The translations under genes were made by a program, and so were the position numbers. Of a DNA stretch of 40,682 nucleotides, positions 25,420 through 34,323 are shown piece by piece. This stretch comes from a virus. Taxonomy: Duplodnaviria > Caudoviricetes. The stretch is taken from positions 1 to 40,682 of IMG/VR virus record IMGVR_UViG_3300044898_000091. One strand, 5' to 3'. The stretch's first letter is position 1. Each line of letters begins with the position of its first letter. The notes beneath the pieces were generated by a model. It ran no database searches, had not been told where the DNA came from, and was given only the letters and a program-made list of their open reading frames with translations.

Positions 25420-27385
25420 TATCTATCGGTGCGGGTTGAGCTGATAAGCCAGCAACCGGCGCCCCGCCGCCCGGTTGTGGTTGAGGTGAAGGTGCCCCTG
25501 CTTGGGGCGGCATACTGGCCTGTTGCGCCGCTATCTTTTGCTGCATCTCGCGTACGGTGTTGGTCATGATAATAGGTTCAAGCGATTGAATGTAGGTGGC
25601 GATGCGCATGAACTGGTCGTGGTCCATGTCGTCTTCGTGGTCGATAAGGTAGTCCACAAACCGCTGCTTGTAGGCGAGGTTGGCGGCCTTGTTCGCCTTG
25701 GTCGGCTTGCCTTCTAACAAGCTCTCGATGTCCAACTCAGCCTCGCTGATTATTTCCGCATTGCCGTATTCGGACGTGTCGAGGAGTTGCTTGATGTCAT
25801 CTTCCGTGAAGCCTGCGATCTTAGCTCCGGATTCGTATGCCTTTTTCGGGTTCTGTATCGCTGCGAACACTGGATTGGCTGCCGCACGGTCCAAGAAACC
25901 AAGTTTGTTTTGCACGTCGATACGTGACGCCTGCTCCTCGGCATCTGATGCTTCGACGTTGACGCCGAACTGGTCGTTCTTGTGGAAGATGTCGCGCCGG
26001 GTCACCTCCTCGGTCTCGATACCATCGGGACCGATCATGTCGATGGCAACCTTCTTGGTGAGGTTGTCGCGCACGCCGATCTCGTAGAGCTTGGCGAAGC
26101 GCTTATAGCCGAACGAGTAGGATTTGTTGAGAAGGCCGAAGCGGTCGGCGGCATTCGCCTGATTACCTTCATAAATGCCAACCTTCGCATCTGTCTTGGC
26201 TGCGCCCTCGGTGCCGGCGTTAACGCCCGTGGTCTTCTCCTGAATGCCCTCCAACAGCTCAAAAACGTCGATAGGCGTCTTTATCGACGGTGGGGTGAGC
26301 ACCTGTACGGCCTTGTTTACGTCGATGTCGCCCTTGACCTTTATATAGCCATCTCGGCGATATTTTAGCTCGGCAAGGTTCTCCACCGCGTTTACGTTCA
26401 CGACCTTCTGCGGTTTGTTGATCTGCTCGGCGTTGTCGAGCATCTGGTTGACCGATACGGCCTGTGCCATGAAAATCTCGCGGACGTAATCGCAATACGA
26501 TGGTGTCCAAAATTCGGTGAGGTCAACGAATGCCGCCCAAGTCCAGAACGGCCATGCGCCGAGCGGGAAATCCTTTGTCGGGGTGAAGATGTCTTGCAAG
26601 CGCTCAACACGGATCGCGGTTCCGGCTCTTTCAGTAAGCAAAAGGTAGTAGCGCTCGCCTTCGTAGGTCGTGTACCACTCCCAAAATTTGTACTTGTCCG
26701 TGGTGATGCCGCTCTCTTTTTCCGTGCGCGTGATGTTGGTGTCGAGGGCGCGGTTGCGCTTGTTGGTCTCCTCTTGATTTAGCTCAATGGCGTTGCCGTC
26801 ACCGTCGAGGAGGTTTGACACCTCGCTGCGGATGTAGAGGCCTTCCTTAAATCCGTCCTTGAGCTGCTTCTTGTCTTTGACGACACCGTAGCGCCCCATG
26901 AAGCGGGCACGCTCAAGGTCGAGACCACCGCCTGCCGGGTCAACGAGGAAGTCGTACACATCGACGTTGTCGAGGTGCGAGCAGTAGCCGTTATAGCTGT
27001 CGGCGTAGTAGGCGTAGATGGCGCGACCGTAAATGACAGCTTGTTTCTTTCCTGCGATGTCCTTGATGTCCCAATCACCGGACTGCTGGTCCACTTGGCG
27101 CAGCGCATTGAGGCGCTTCACGCGCTTCAATTGGCTCTCTTTGCGCTTTACGAATTTAAATACGAGCGGGTTGTCTATTTTGGAGAGAAGGGAGTGAACG
27201 AACTCCTGCATGCGTCCGAGGTCTACGTTAGCGCGGCTCTCAAGAGGAGCGTCTTTCTTGCCGTAGTAGAGGTCTTCGTTCTTCTGCCAGTTCTTGACCT
27301 TGCCCTGCTTGTAGCGGCGCGCGAAAATCAGCTCCTCAAGTGCTTGAGAGACTATCTTGTCTCGCTTGTCTTTTGAGATCGCCAT
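25388..27385 (-). CDS. Portal protein (podovirus type)
   Basis: 665 aa after terminase; W...EDLYYG, DF.VDP, NQMLDN, IQEKTTGV motifs; Q/P-rich tail. Confidence 0.85.
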   Translation of the reverse strand: MAISKDKRDKIVSQALEELIFARRYKQGKVKNWQKNEDLYYGKKDAPLESRANVDLGRMQEFVHSLLSKIDNPLVFKFVKRKESQLKRVKRLNALRQVDQQSGDWDIKDIAGKKQAVIYGRAIYAYYADSYNGYCSHLDNVDVYDFLVDPAGGGLDLERARFMGRYGVVKDKKQLKDGFKEGLYIRSEVSNLLDGDGNAIELNQEETNKRNRALDTNITRTEKESGITTDKYKFWEWYTTYEGERYYLLLTERAGTAIRVERLQDIFTPTKDFPLGAWPFWTWAAFVDLTEFWTPSYCDYVREIFMAQAVSVNQMLDNAEQINKPQKVVNVNAVENLAELKYRRDGYIKVKGDIDVNKAVQVLTPPSIKTPIDVFELLEGIQEKTTGVNAGTEGAAKTDAKVGIYEGNQANAADRFGLLNKSYSFGYKRFAKLYEIGVRDNLTKKVAIDMIGPDGIETEEVTRRDIFHKNDQFGVNVEASDAEEQASRIDVQNKLGFLDRAAANPVFAAIQNPKKAYESGAKIAGFTEDDIKQLLDTSEYGNAEIISEAELDIESLLEGKPTKANKAANLAYKQRFVDYLIDHEDDMDHDQFMRIATYIQSLEPIIMTNTVREMQQKIAAQQASMPPQAGAPSPQPQPGGGAPVAGLSAQPAPIDNGVPVPALGA

Positions 27386-27399
27386 TGAGAGCCCCCGCT

Positions 27400-27594
27400 C
27401 TACACTCGCACGTCTATCGTTCCTCCGTCGTCTGTGACCACGCGCTTGTAGCGCAGGCCGTTCTGTAGATATTCTTTGATGATGGTGCCTGGAGCCGCAT
27501 CGGTCTTTTGGGACTGCGGCTTTGGAGTAGGTAAGCCGTCTTTGGGCTGTGTTCCCTCAATGACTTCCTCAACCGCCTGTTTTTTTACTGCCAT
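27400..27594 (-). CDS. Small hypothetical protein
   Basis: In operon between terminase and portal. Confidence 0.65.
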   Translation of the reverse strand: MAVKKQAVEEVIEGTQPKDGLPTPKPQSQKTDAAPGTIIKEYLQNGLRYKRVVTDDGGTIDVRV

Positions 27595-27596
27595 AA

Positions 27597-27779
27597 TTAT
27601 GCGGCGGGGACGAATTTCTTCGTCGAGCCATCCGAGAGGAGGATGTCCACTTCGGTGTCTTCCGGCGCGACTACAGGCGCGGGAACAGCGGCAACTGCGG
27701 CTGTTACTGCTGCGTCTGTGTAGGATTGCGGGAAGAAGTCCTGTGTCGAGCCATCTTCCTGCGTGATTGTGATCTTCAT
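27597..27779 (-). CDS. Small hypothetical protein with internal duplication (DGSTQDFFP / DGSTKKFVP)
   Basis: Behind TGATACAAT promoter at 27808-27816. Confidence 0.65.
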   Translation of the reverse strand: MKITITQEDGSTQDFFPQSYTDAAVTAAVAAVPAPVVAPEDTEVDILLSDGSTKKFVPAA

Positions 27780-27829
27780 ATGTAAATTGCTAACGAGTAA
27801 TGCGTGAATTGTATCACGCGAAGCGCAAG

Positions 27830-29125
27830 TCAGATGCCGATGTCTGGGTATAACGGTTCAGACTCCTCTGTCTCGTCCTCTTTCTCATCACTTATCCCTG
27901 CATTGTGCAGGTCGGCGATCGGGTAACTGACGGCATCCATTGCATGCGACCACGTATGAGCAGGCTCGCCTTTCGGATTACCGTCCTTATCCTCCGCCCA
28001 CGCATAGTTCTCGTACGACTCCCACACGTTCTTGCTGCGTGACGTGACGAAGATCTTCTTGGTCGAAGTGACCTTAATTCTGAAATTAACACTGTCCCGA
28101 CCCTTCGCAGCGCCGGTGACGTTGATGTTGTAACCGTTCTGTTCCGAAATGCTCTTCGGCTCGGCACTGTCTGCGACAGTTATGGCGTCCCCTGCCTTCT
28201 TTATTTCTCCCGCTAGATATTCGTTCGTCAGCTCTGTGCCATAAGCAATCTCGTCGATGACATATGCACCGTTCCAGTAGTAGACCGCTACGATACATGC
28301 AGGGTCAGGATACCAGCCGAAGTCTTCACCGAAACGCACAAGGCGCGCGCCTTCGGGAACGGAATCAATCTGCTGCCAGCCGGTGAATATCTTGCCGCGC
28401 TTCTGTTCGGGCGACAGTCCCTCGATGACTTGCCAGTAGTACGCCGGCTTGGTGACCTTGTAGTTTTGATATCGCTGTACCGTAGCGGGGTCGATATTGG
28501 GTTCGTTCTCCCGCCACGTACCGGAGATGTGGATTGCGTCCGTGATCTCTGGCTTCAACGAGGGGATGTAAAACCCTCGTGCTTCTGGATGTGGAGTGAG
28601 GTTAAAAAACTTCTTGATTATCCAATGATTCTTCGGCGGGGTGTTGAGCGAGAGAATGATGCGGATGCGCCCTTTGACGGTGCGGAGCGTGTCATCGAGT
28701 GTTCTAAATTCATCCTCTCCAATCTCTTCTGCTTCTTCGCCCCATACGAAGTTGTAGCCGGCAAGCGATTTGAGGCGTGCAGTCAATGAGCCGCTTGACG
28801 CGCGAAAACCATGAGCGCGAAGGCTATTGCGGCCGTACTCGATGAACATATCGTTGTCGACGATGTGGAATTGCTCTTGGGCCTCCTGCTCTCGAATACG
28901 GTCGATGATCTCGCTCCAGCATGAAGCACGGATATCTTCACGAACGGCGCGCATCAGAGCGCCGCGAGTATATTCCTTGCTTACGAGTTGGGAAACCGAA
29001 TATCGGGAGGCTGTACCTGAGCGGCCATTACCGCGTCCTCCCATTACGAGGGCATAGCGCCAATCGTTTCGTTCCCACAGTGGCGTATGGCTGTCGTGGA
29101 CCTCGAATGAAAGCGTCTCGTTCAT
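27830..29125 (-). CDS. terL: Terminase large subunit (PBSX/Terminase_3-like)
   Basis: GGRGNGRS Walker A variant, WGEEAEE Walker B, LNTP, GEDFGWYPDP, ADSAEPKSI, HAMDA nuclease motifs. Confidence 0.93.
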   Translation of the reverse strand: MNETLSFEVHDSHTPLWERNDWRYALVMGGRGNGRSGTASRYSVSQLVSKEYTRGALMRAVREDIRASCWSEIIDRIREQEAQEQFHIVDNDMFIEYGRNSLRAHGFRASSGSLTARLKSLAGYNFVWGEEAEEIGEDEFRTLDDTLRTVKGRIRIILSLNTPPKNHWIIKKFFNLTPHPEARGFYIPSLKPEITDAIHISGTWRENEPNIDPATVQRYQNYKVTKPAYYWQVIEGLSPEQKRGKIFTGWQQIDSVPEGARLVRFGEDFGWYPDPACIVAVYYWNGAYVIDEIAYGTELTNEYLAGEIKKAGDAITVADSAEPKSISEQNGYNINVTGAAKGRDSVNFRIKVTSTKKIFVTSRSKNVWESYENYAWAEDKDGNPKGEPAHTWSHAMDAVSYPIADLHNAGISDEKEDETEESEPLYPDIGI

Positions 29126-29373
29126 CGACGCACTTTAATTTCAACACCCTTGATGTAGATGGGATTATCTTTGTCACCTGTGAGAGGCTGCGGCGCTTTC
29201 CCAAACAACTGGTCACCAAGCCACACGGCAAGGCGCATATCGCCCATGTAGGAATCAAGAATGAACTCGACGAACTTCTTGCGCTCTACATCGCTTACAT
29301 AGTTGCGGAATTGAGGGACGGTGGTGCTGCCCTTCTTGCGTCCTGAACCCGGTCGTGCGCCGCCTTTAGCCAT
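29122..29373 (-). CDS. Terminase small subunit candidate
   Basis: GGARPGSGRKKG N-terminus, FGKAPQPLTGDKDNPI C-terminus; ATGA-coupled to terL. Confidence 0.75.
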   Translation of the reverse strand: MAKGGARPGSGRKKGSTTVPQFRNYVSDVERKKFVEFILDSYMGDMRLAVWLGDQLFGKAPQPLTGDKDNPIYIKGVEIKVRR

Positions 29374-29451
29374 AGAAAATATAGAAAAATAATCAACTCA
29401 CTTGTAGATTGTACCACATAGTGAAAGGGTGGACCCTGGGAGGCAGATGCT

Positions 29452-29964
29452 ATGAACCATATTCCTCAAGCAAAGACGTGGTCCGGTAGGGTAGTGGCTG
29501 CTGTAGGCGCCGCGGTCCTAGTGACGGGTGGACTCGTGACAATTCGCGAGCACTTAGTCAGCTTATTCAAACCTGCTGTCGTGCAAGAGTCTCCTGTCGC
29601 GGAGAAACTTGTAGCGCCACTGACGTTTTCGATCAGGGATGCAAGGACATTTGGTCCCAACCGTATTACCCGGGAGCAGTTCACGCTCATTGTCGAGTTC
29701 GTAGTTGATAAAGACGGCGATGCATCAAGTCTGTGTACTGGACAGCTATCGATCGCCGACAGCGACTTCAAGCCGGGAAGAACGGTCGGCGATGGGAACC
29801 AAAACGTAGTTCAGTTAAAGCAAGGTCATGTTTCGAAGACGGCAACGCTAACCTTCTATGTGGATACTGTTCAGTATGCCGATGCCGCGCAGTTCAGGCT
29901 GTACTGCGGTGAGATGTCTTCAGCATGGGTTGATCTGAGCGTCCGTCCTCTGCCGCGTCTATAA
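29452..29964 (+). CDS. Accessory membrane-anchored protein with beta-sandwich-like domain
   Basis: GGAGG SD, N-terminal TM helix, two Cys; opposite strand to phage genes. Confidence 0.7.
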   Translation: MNHIPQAKTWSGRVVAAVGAAVLVTGGLVTIREHLVSLFKPAVVQESPVAEKLVAPLTFSIRDARTFGPNRITREQFTLIVEFVVDKDGDASSLCTGQLSIADSDFKPGRTVGDGNQNVVQLKQGHVSKTATLTFYVDTVQYADAAQFRLYCGEMSSAWVDLSVRPLPRL

Positions 29965-30151
29965 GGAATGGCGCGGTCATAAAGTTTAGACTTAATCTAC
30001 CACCAGATTATACCACGCAAAAAGCCAAGCGACGCGGAAGGGGCGACGACCGCGCACGCTTGGCCCTTGGAGGTCCCAATGAGGGGACGTGAAAGGAACG
30101 TTTTTCGGCCGATCGCGTTCCTGATTTCGGATTAAAAAATGTGGTGCGTCG

Positions 30152-30397
30152 ATGTATCCGTGGCCGGTCGATGATGTGATGAACGAAGCGCTTGAGATCG
30201 CCATGAACTATCTGTCGCGCACGGGCAAAGCGGTTAAATTCATGGCCGTCCAGAACCTAGCTGTCGAGGCGATCATTGCCGCGTGGCAAGGCGGCGTGAG
30301 GCATAAGATAAGGCTGGCGAACTGCGCCATACGAGCGGTTGAGAGGAGCGCCGCGGAACCTGCACAAGTTCCCTCCGTTTATCCGCGGGTCATGTAA
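30152..30397 (+). CDS. Small hypothetical protein of a type common in Bradyrhizobiaceae
   Basis: ALEIAMNYL..TG...I.AAWQGGVRHKIRLAN.AI pattern; start uncertain. Confidence 0.6.
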   Translation: MYPWPVDDVMNEALEIAMNYLSRTGKAVKFMAVQNLAVEAIIAAWQGGVRHKIRLANCAIRAVERSAAEPAQVPSVYPRVM

Positions 30398-30407
30398 CAG
30401 GAACGAA

Positions 30408-30719
30408 TCATAACCCAGCGGTTTGAACGTCGTCGATTGAACGAGCAACAACGTACATCCCGCCGTTCAGGATGATGTCGCGGCCAAGCTCTTCCTGCTC
30501 CGGTGACAACCGCCCTACCTCACTCTTCACCTCGATGCCGTAGAATTTGCCGCTCTTGATGAGGCATATATCCGGCCAGCCCTTGCGCGTGTACTTGGGA
30601 AGCGCGCGGAATGCGCCTCGCGTCTTGTCGTAGATCGGGGCGTTATTGGTGCGGGAGAAGAGATAACCCTTGAGGACAAGGTAGTCGCAGATCGCGGCTT
30701 GAACATCGGTCTCCTTCAT
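30408..30719 (-). CDS. VRR-NUC domain nuclease (Holliday junction resolvase-like)
   Basis: E.DVQ.AI.DYL...GWPDI......FYGIEVK...GRLSPEQ; T-ATG start at 30719. Confidence 0.9.
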   Translation of the reverse strand: MKETDVQAAICDYLVLKGYLFSRTNNAPIYDKTRGAFRALPKYTRKGWPDICLIKSGKFYGIEVKSEVGRLSPEQEELGRDIILNGGMYVVARSIDDVQTAGL

Positions 30720-30800
30720 ATCTTCTCTTGAAGAAGAGATTGTATCACACAACCAAGCTGCTATCGTCGGTTGTGGGGAGATAACAGTTGGGGGGAATTA

Positions 30801-31259
30801 ATGTTGTTTTATCGCATTGTCATGCTGTGTCTCGCACCATGTGTCGCTTATGATTGGTTCACATCATTTTTGGGTGCGGCCGCCATCTTCAACATCAGCG
30901 AAAAATCGCCAGGTTATTTTTGGGGCATTCCAATCGCATTATCGTTCGGTGCCGTCGGAATGAATTTTGTCACTACGGACGTAATGGCCAAAGATGGCGG
31001 CGCGCCCGGCTTTATGAGAATATTTTGGTTTATCTGCCTGATATACGATGCGTTTACGACCTTTATAGGATTGACCCAAGTAAAAGTTGGCGAGGGGTTG
31101 TTTGCGATCAGAACAATTGATCCGTTGGTGATTATGAAGCAGCTAACGCCTATGGAGGCGGTCGCGTTTATTGTGGGAACGATGGTTTTTGTTGTCAGTC
31201 CAATGGCGTCCTGGTGGCTTTGGAAACAGCCTCACCCGGTTAATCCCATACCAAAGTAA
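30801..31259 (+). CDS. Accessory multi-pass membrane protein
   Basis: About four hydrophobic helices; GGGGGA SD before ATG 30801. Confidence 0.75.
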   Translation: MLFYRIVMLCLAPCVAYDWFTSFLGAAAIFNISEKSPGYFWGIPIALSFGAVGMNFVTTDVMAKDGGAPGFMRIFWFICLIYDAFTTFIGLTQVKVGEGLFAIRTIDPLVIMKQLTPMEAVAFIVGTMVFVVSPMASWWLWKQPHPVNPIPK

Positions 31260-31274
31260 GAGCGCTCCCACCTA

Positions 31275-31634
31275 TCAACGCTGCGAGAGGTTCACCACAA
31301 GCGCCACAAGCGACTGGCGAAGGCGCTGGTTGCTGATCTTATTGAACGCTTCCGCAAGCTTGAACGCATCGGGGCGACGGAGCAGCTGTAGCGGCGGATG
31401 AGTTTGCCCGGGCATTTTCGCCCCGTCGTAGAAAGCCGCGATGGGTGCTTTGAGGAGGTTGGCGATGATGAGCAGCCGGCCGGCTCCTATGCGGTTCGTC
31501 CCCTTCTCGTACTTCTGAACCTGCTGGAAGGTCACGCCGAGATGCTTGCCCATGTTGATCTGTGACATGTGAGCCGCCTGCCTGAGGAGCCGCATATTGG
31601 CTCCAACAAGCACGTCATTCGGGTGGGGAGCCAT
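31275..31634 (-). CDS. XRE-family HTH regulator (alphaproteobacterial type)
   Basis: HPND..VG...LGVTFQQVQKYEKGTNRIGAGRL; GGAGG SD before ATG 31634. Confidence 0.92.
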   Translation of the reverse strand: MAPHPNDVLVGANMRLLRQAAHMSQINMGKHLGVTFQQVQKYEKGTNRIGAGRLLIIANLLKAPIAAFYDGAKMPGQTHPPLQLLRRPDAFKLAEAFNKISNQRLRQSLVALVVNLSQR

Positions 31635-31847
31635 TGTCTGCAACCTCCGTGGAGTCTGCATTAAAAGCATAAATCTTGATTTGTGACGGGTCTGTAAAGG
31701 CTTGAAATCGCTTGGTATTTGATAAACTACCTGTGTGAGTTCCACAGTTGAAACACAACCCCTTTTGCGGCCTAAAAGCTCGCCATTTCGTATTTTCCTA
31801 CTATCGCCGCAACCGGCACTTGCAGAAATCAAGATATTTGCCGGGCT

Positions 31848-32399
31848 ATGAACCTCTACGGCTACGCTCGGGTCAGTACCAATGGACAGGCGCTCGACGC
31901 TCAAGTGACGCAGCTTGAAGCGGCCGGGTGCGCCCGCATCTTTCGTGAAAAGGTCAGCGGCGCAAAGACAGACCGGGCAGAGCTAAAGAAGCTGCTGCGG
32001 ACGCTGCGGGTCGGGGATCTGGTGCTGGTGACGCGTCTAGACCGCCTCGCCCGCTCCACGCGTGACCTTCTCAACATCCTCGCTCTGGTAAGCGACAAGA
32101 GCGCAGGCTTCCGCTCCCTAAGCGATGTGTGGGCAGACACGACGACGGCGCACGGCAGGCTGATGCTGACGATATTAGGCGGGCTAGCTGAGTTCGAGCG
32201 CGAGCTGATTAAGTCCAGGACGGCAGAAGGACGCGCGCGGGCTGTCGCTATGGGTGTCCGTCTCGGTCGGCGCCCTAAGCTAGATGAGGAGCAACGCAAG
32301 GCTGCTTGTGGGCGCAAGCAGGCGGGTGAGGACGTGGCGTCGATCGCGCGGGACTACAAGGTGTCGGATTCTACGATATCGAGGATTATCTGTGAGTAA
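31848..32399 (+). CDS. Serine recombinase (resolvase/invertase)
   Basis: YGYARVST..Q, VTRLDRLARS, AEFERELI, C-terminal HTH. Confidence 0.95.
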   Translation: MNLYGYARVSTNGQALDAQVTQLEAAGCARIFREKVSGAKTDRAELKKLLRTLRVGDLVLVTRLDRLARSTRDLLNILALVSDKSAGFRSLSDVWADTTTAHGRLMLTILGGLAEFERELIKSRTAEGRARAVAMGVRLGRRPKLDEEQRKAACGRKQAGEDVASIARDYKVSDSTISRIICE

Positions 32400-32461
32400 T
32401 TGGTTGTACATTCCTCTTAATGCGCGCTAAGGTCGCTTCCATTAATTTGGAGGGTTTTATT

Positions 32462-32728
32462 ATGAAAGCAGCTCTTGTGGCGGTTGCATTTTTGTCTGTT
32501 ATGAGTACGGCAGCACAGGCAGTTAGCATGTTTTCTTGTTTCCCGATTGGTCCAGTTGTTTGCCAATGGTCCGACTTTGTTACCAACAAAAGTGGTATAT
32601 GCAGTCCGCACTACGGCCACCCGGGCGAGTTTTGCTCTTGCCCCGCGGTGGTGGGCAGCGAAATTAAAGACGGAAAAAGCCGCCTCGTATTTGGAAATAA
32701 ATTTGGGTTCACTGTTTGTCGTCCGTGA
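32462..32728 (+). CDS. Small secreted Cys-rich protein
   Basis: GGAGGG SD, signal peptide MKAALVAVAFLSVMSTAAQA, six Cys in the mature part. Confidence 0.7.
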   Translation: MKAALVAVAFLSVMSTAAQAVSMFSCFPIGPVVCQWSDFVTNKSGICSPHYGHPGEFCSCPAVVGSEIKDGKSRLVFGNKFGFTVCRP

Positions 32729-32739
32729 CGCTGGCTGAT

Positions 32740-32768
32740 AAAAAAAAGCCCCGCGCATTTGGCGGGGC
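32740..32768 (-). terminator. Intrinsic terminator
   Basis: GCCCCGC/GCGGGGC stem followed by a T8 run on the minus strand. Confidence 0.7.
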
Positions 32769-32932
32769 ATCGCACTGGTGGGAGCGCAGCATCCCATTGA
32801 AGCAAGCAACGCTGCGGCAAGGCTCCAGACGTAGCCCGTAAACGGCGCTTGTATTGCTCAAGCGGTCATCCGTTAGCGTCATGATGGCTGGCGATAGGTG
32901 CGGTTAACCTATGTTAACCGATAACCGTGGCT

Positions 32933-33133
32933 CTACGACTGCTTCTTTCGGCGTGGGACTGTCACTTCTTGCACTAGCTCACGCGCAATCATCATGCACA
33001 CGCTCATGGCTGAGCCGTATGGTCCCTTCGGACTCTCACGGCTAAAGAACGGTGCACGCCAGTAGTACCAGTAGCTTCCTCGCTTCTCGACGTTGTAGGC
33101 GGGAAGAGAGATGACGTTTGAGGCTTTGTCCAT
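32933..33133 (-). CDS. Small hypothetical protein
   Basis: GGAGG SD before ATG 33133; WYYW...KGPYGS...MIAREL. Confidence 0.6.
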   Translation of the reverse strand: MDKASNVISLPAYNVEKRGSYWYYWRAPFFSRESPKGPYGSAMSVCMMIARELVQEVTVPRRKKQS

Positions 33134-33326
33134 GCGTGCCTCCGTTGTGCAAGCGGCCTCGGACATTTCCGGAGTCGCACAGCAGAACGGAGGGGGCTGA
33201 GCTGATTATAGCGCGGATGCGGCGGGAGTAGGGGCGCAGCTAACGACCAAAAGTCGCAAGCGAATAAACAACAACTTTAGGTACAAAGCTGTTAAGGTGT
33301 CACTTTAGGCTCCTTGGAGATGAAAA

Positions 33327-33785
33327 ATGTTGTATCCTTTATCGCCTACACGGCTCTGCGCCAGCCTCGTCATTTTGTTTCTGATGAGCAATGCGGCGGA
33401 AGCGCAAATTACCTCTCCGTGCGCGAGACATACAGTTACGACCTATCCCTTATCATCCGAACTGAACCATGTATCTCACTGCGTCGCGGCACTGGCATGC
33501 CCTGGGCAACTCGTCGAGGTCGAAATCAAACGGATCGAGCGGGACGGCGGGGAGATAAACCAATGGCTGGTGAGTAGTTATAACGTCAGCGCCACGTACA
33601 CGCCGGGGCAACAGGATATGATCATTCAAAGCGCCAAAGGCCTTGCCGCCCTTCACAAACCGGCGTCAAAATACATTGTTAATATAGTTTTTTATTGGAC
33701 AACAATACCTGATTTGGGACCTCCAAATTATTTCGTCGGCGCAAATATCACTTACGGCAAATGTCGGGCGCAGCGACCAGGGTGA
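33327..33785 (+). CDS. Accessory secreted protein
   Basis: GGAG SD, signal peptide ending AEA-Q, paired Cys, lower GC. Confidence 0.65.
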   Translation: MLYPLSPTRLCASLVILFLMSNAAEAQITSPCARHTVTTYPLSSELNHVSHCVAALACPGQLVEVEIKRIERDGGEINQWLVSSYNVSATYTPGQQDMIIQSAKGLAALHKPASKYIVNIVFYWTTIPDLGPPNYFVGANITYGKCRAQRPG

Positions 33786-34047
33786 TGTACTCGTCTCCGA
33801 GCATCAATGTGATCGACCGCTGCCCGGCAAACATTCCGATGCGCCAGTAGAAAAGGCAATCGGCGTACTCGAACACTCCCTCGCTGTGGTCATCCATCGT
33901 GAAGTGCGCCGCCTGGCTCATGCGGTAGAGCGCCCGGCCGCGCATTTGAGGCGGGAGCGCGTAGACCGACGGCGACATGAGAACGATGCCGCCGATAAAT
34001 TCCGAACGGAGCAGGTCGTTGACGCGGATGGCTGTCGCTTGGTCCAT
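33748..34047 (-). CDS. DUF3768-like protein
   Basis: NDLLR..FIGG.VLMSPSV.AL...DHSEG.F......YWRI......ITLML.DEY. Confidence 0.65.
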   Translation of the reverse strand: MDQATAIRVNDLLRSEFIGGIVLMSPSVYALPPQMRGRALYRMSQAAHFTMDDHSEGVFEYADCLFYWRIGMFAGQRSITLMLGDEYITLVAAPDICRK

Positions 34048-34138
34048 CCCGATTCTGTAGCGAGAGGATGTGAGGCTGTAACCGTTGGCTATGGCTTCCG
34101 ATGAAGCGGTCTGGTGCAGTATGTGCCGCTATGCGGGA

Positions 34139-34267
34139 TTAAATATTTTTGTACGGTTCATGCGCTTTGCCGAAACCTCCTTTCGGATAGTTCGGTTGTT
34201 TGCGCCGTACGTTGTACGCCTTCCTTTTATCGGAATGGCTTTTGTTGGCGTGTTGACCTCGTCCCAT
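34139..34267 (-). CDS. Possible 42-aa basic peptide (MGRGQHANKSHSDKRK...)
   Basis: Read by hand; T-ATG 8 nt after TGGTAGAAT. Confidence 0.35.
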   Translation of the reverse strand: MGRGQHANKSHSDKRKAYNVRRKQPNYPKGGFGKAHEPYKNI

Positions 34268-34285
34268 ATGGGCATATTCTACCAT

Positions 34286-34311
34286 AAAAAAGCCGCCCTT
34301 TTCAGAGCGGC
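34286..34311 (-). terminator. Intrinsic terminator
   Basis: GCCGCTCT/AGGGCGGC stem then T6, after the Zn-finger gene. Confidence 0.7.
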
Positions 34312-34323
34312 AGTTGGGGAGAA

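Noticed and set aside
9977-29373. Alternative genetic code (TGA or TAG reassignment)
   Set aside because: Code-11 ORFs tile the module with tight ATGA/TAATG-type junctions and all three stops are used as true ends
31635-31904. N-terminal extension of the XRE ORF
   Set aside because: Overlaps the recombinase gene; strong SD and family N-terminus place the start at 31634
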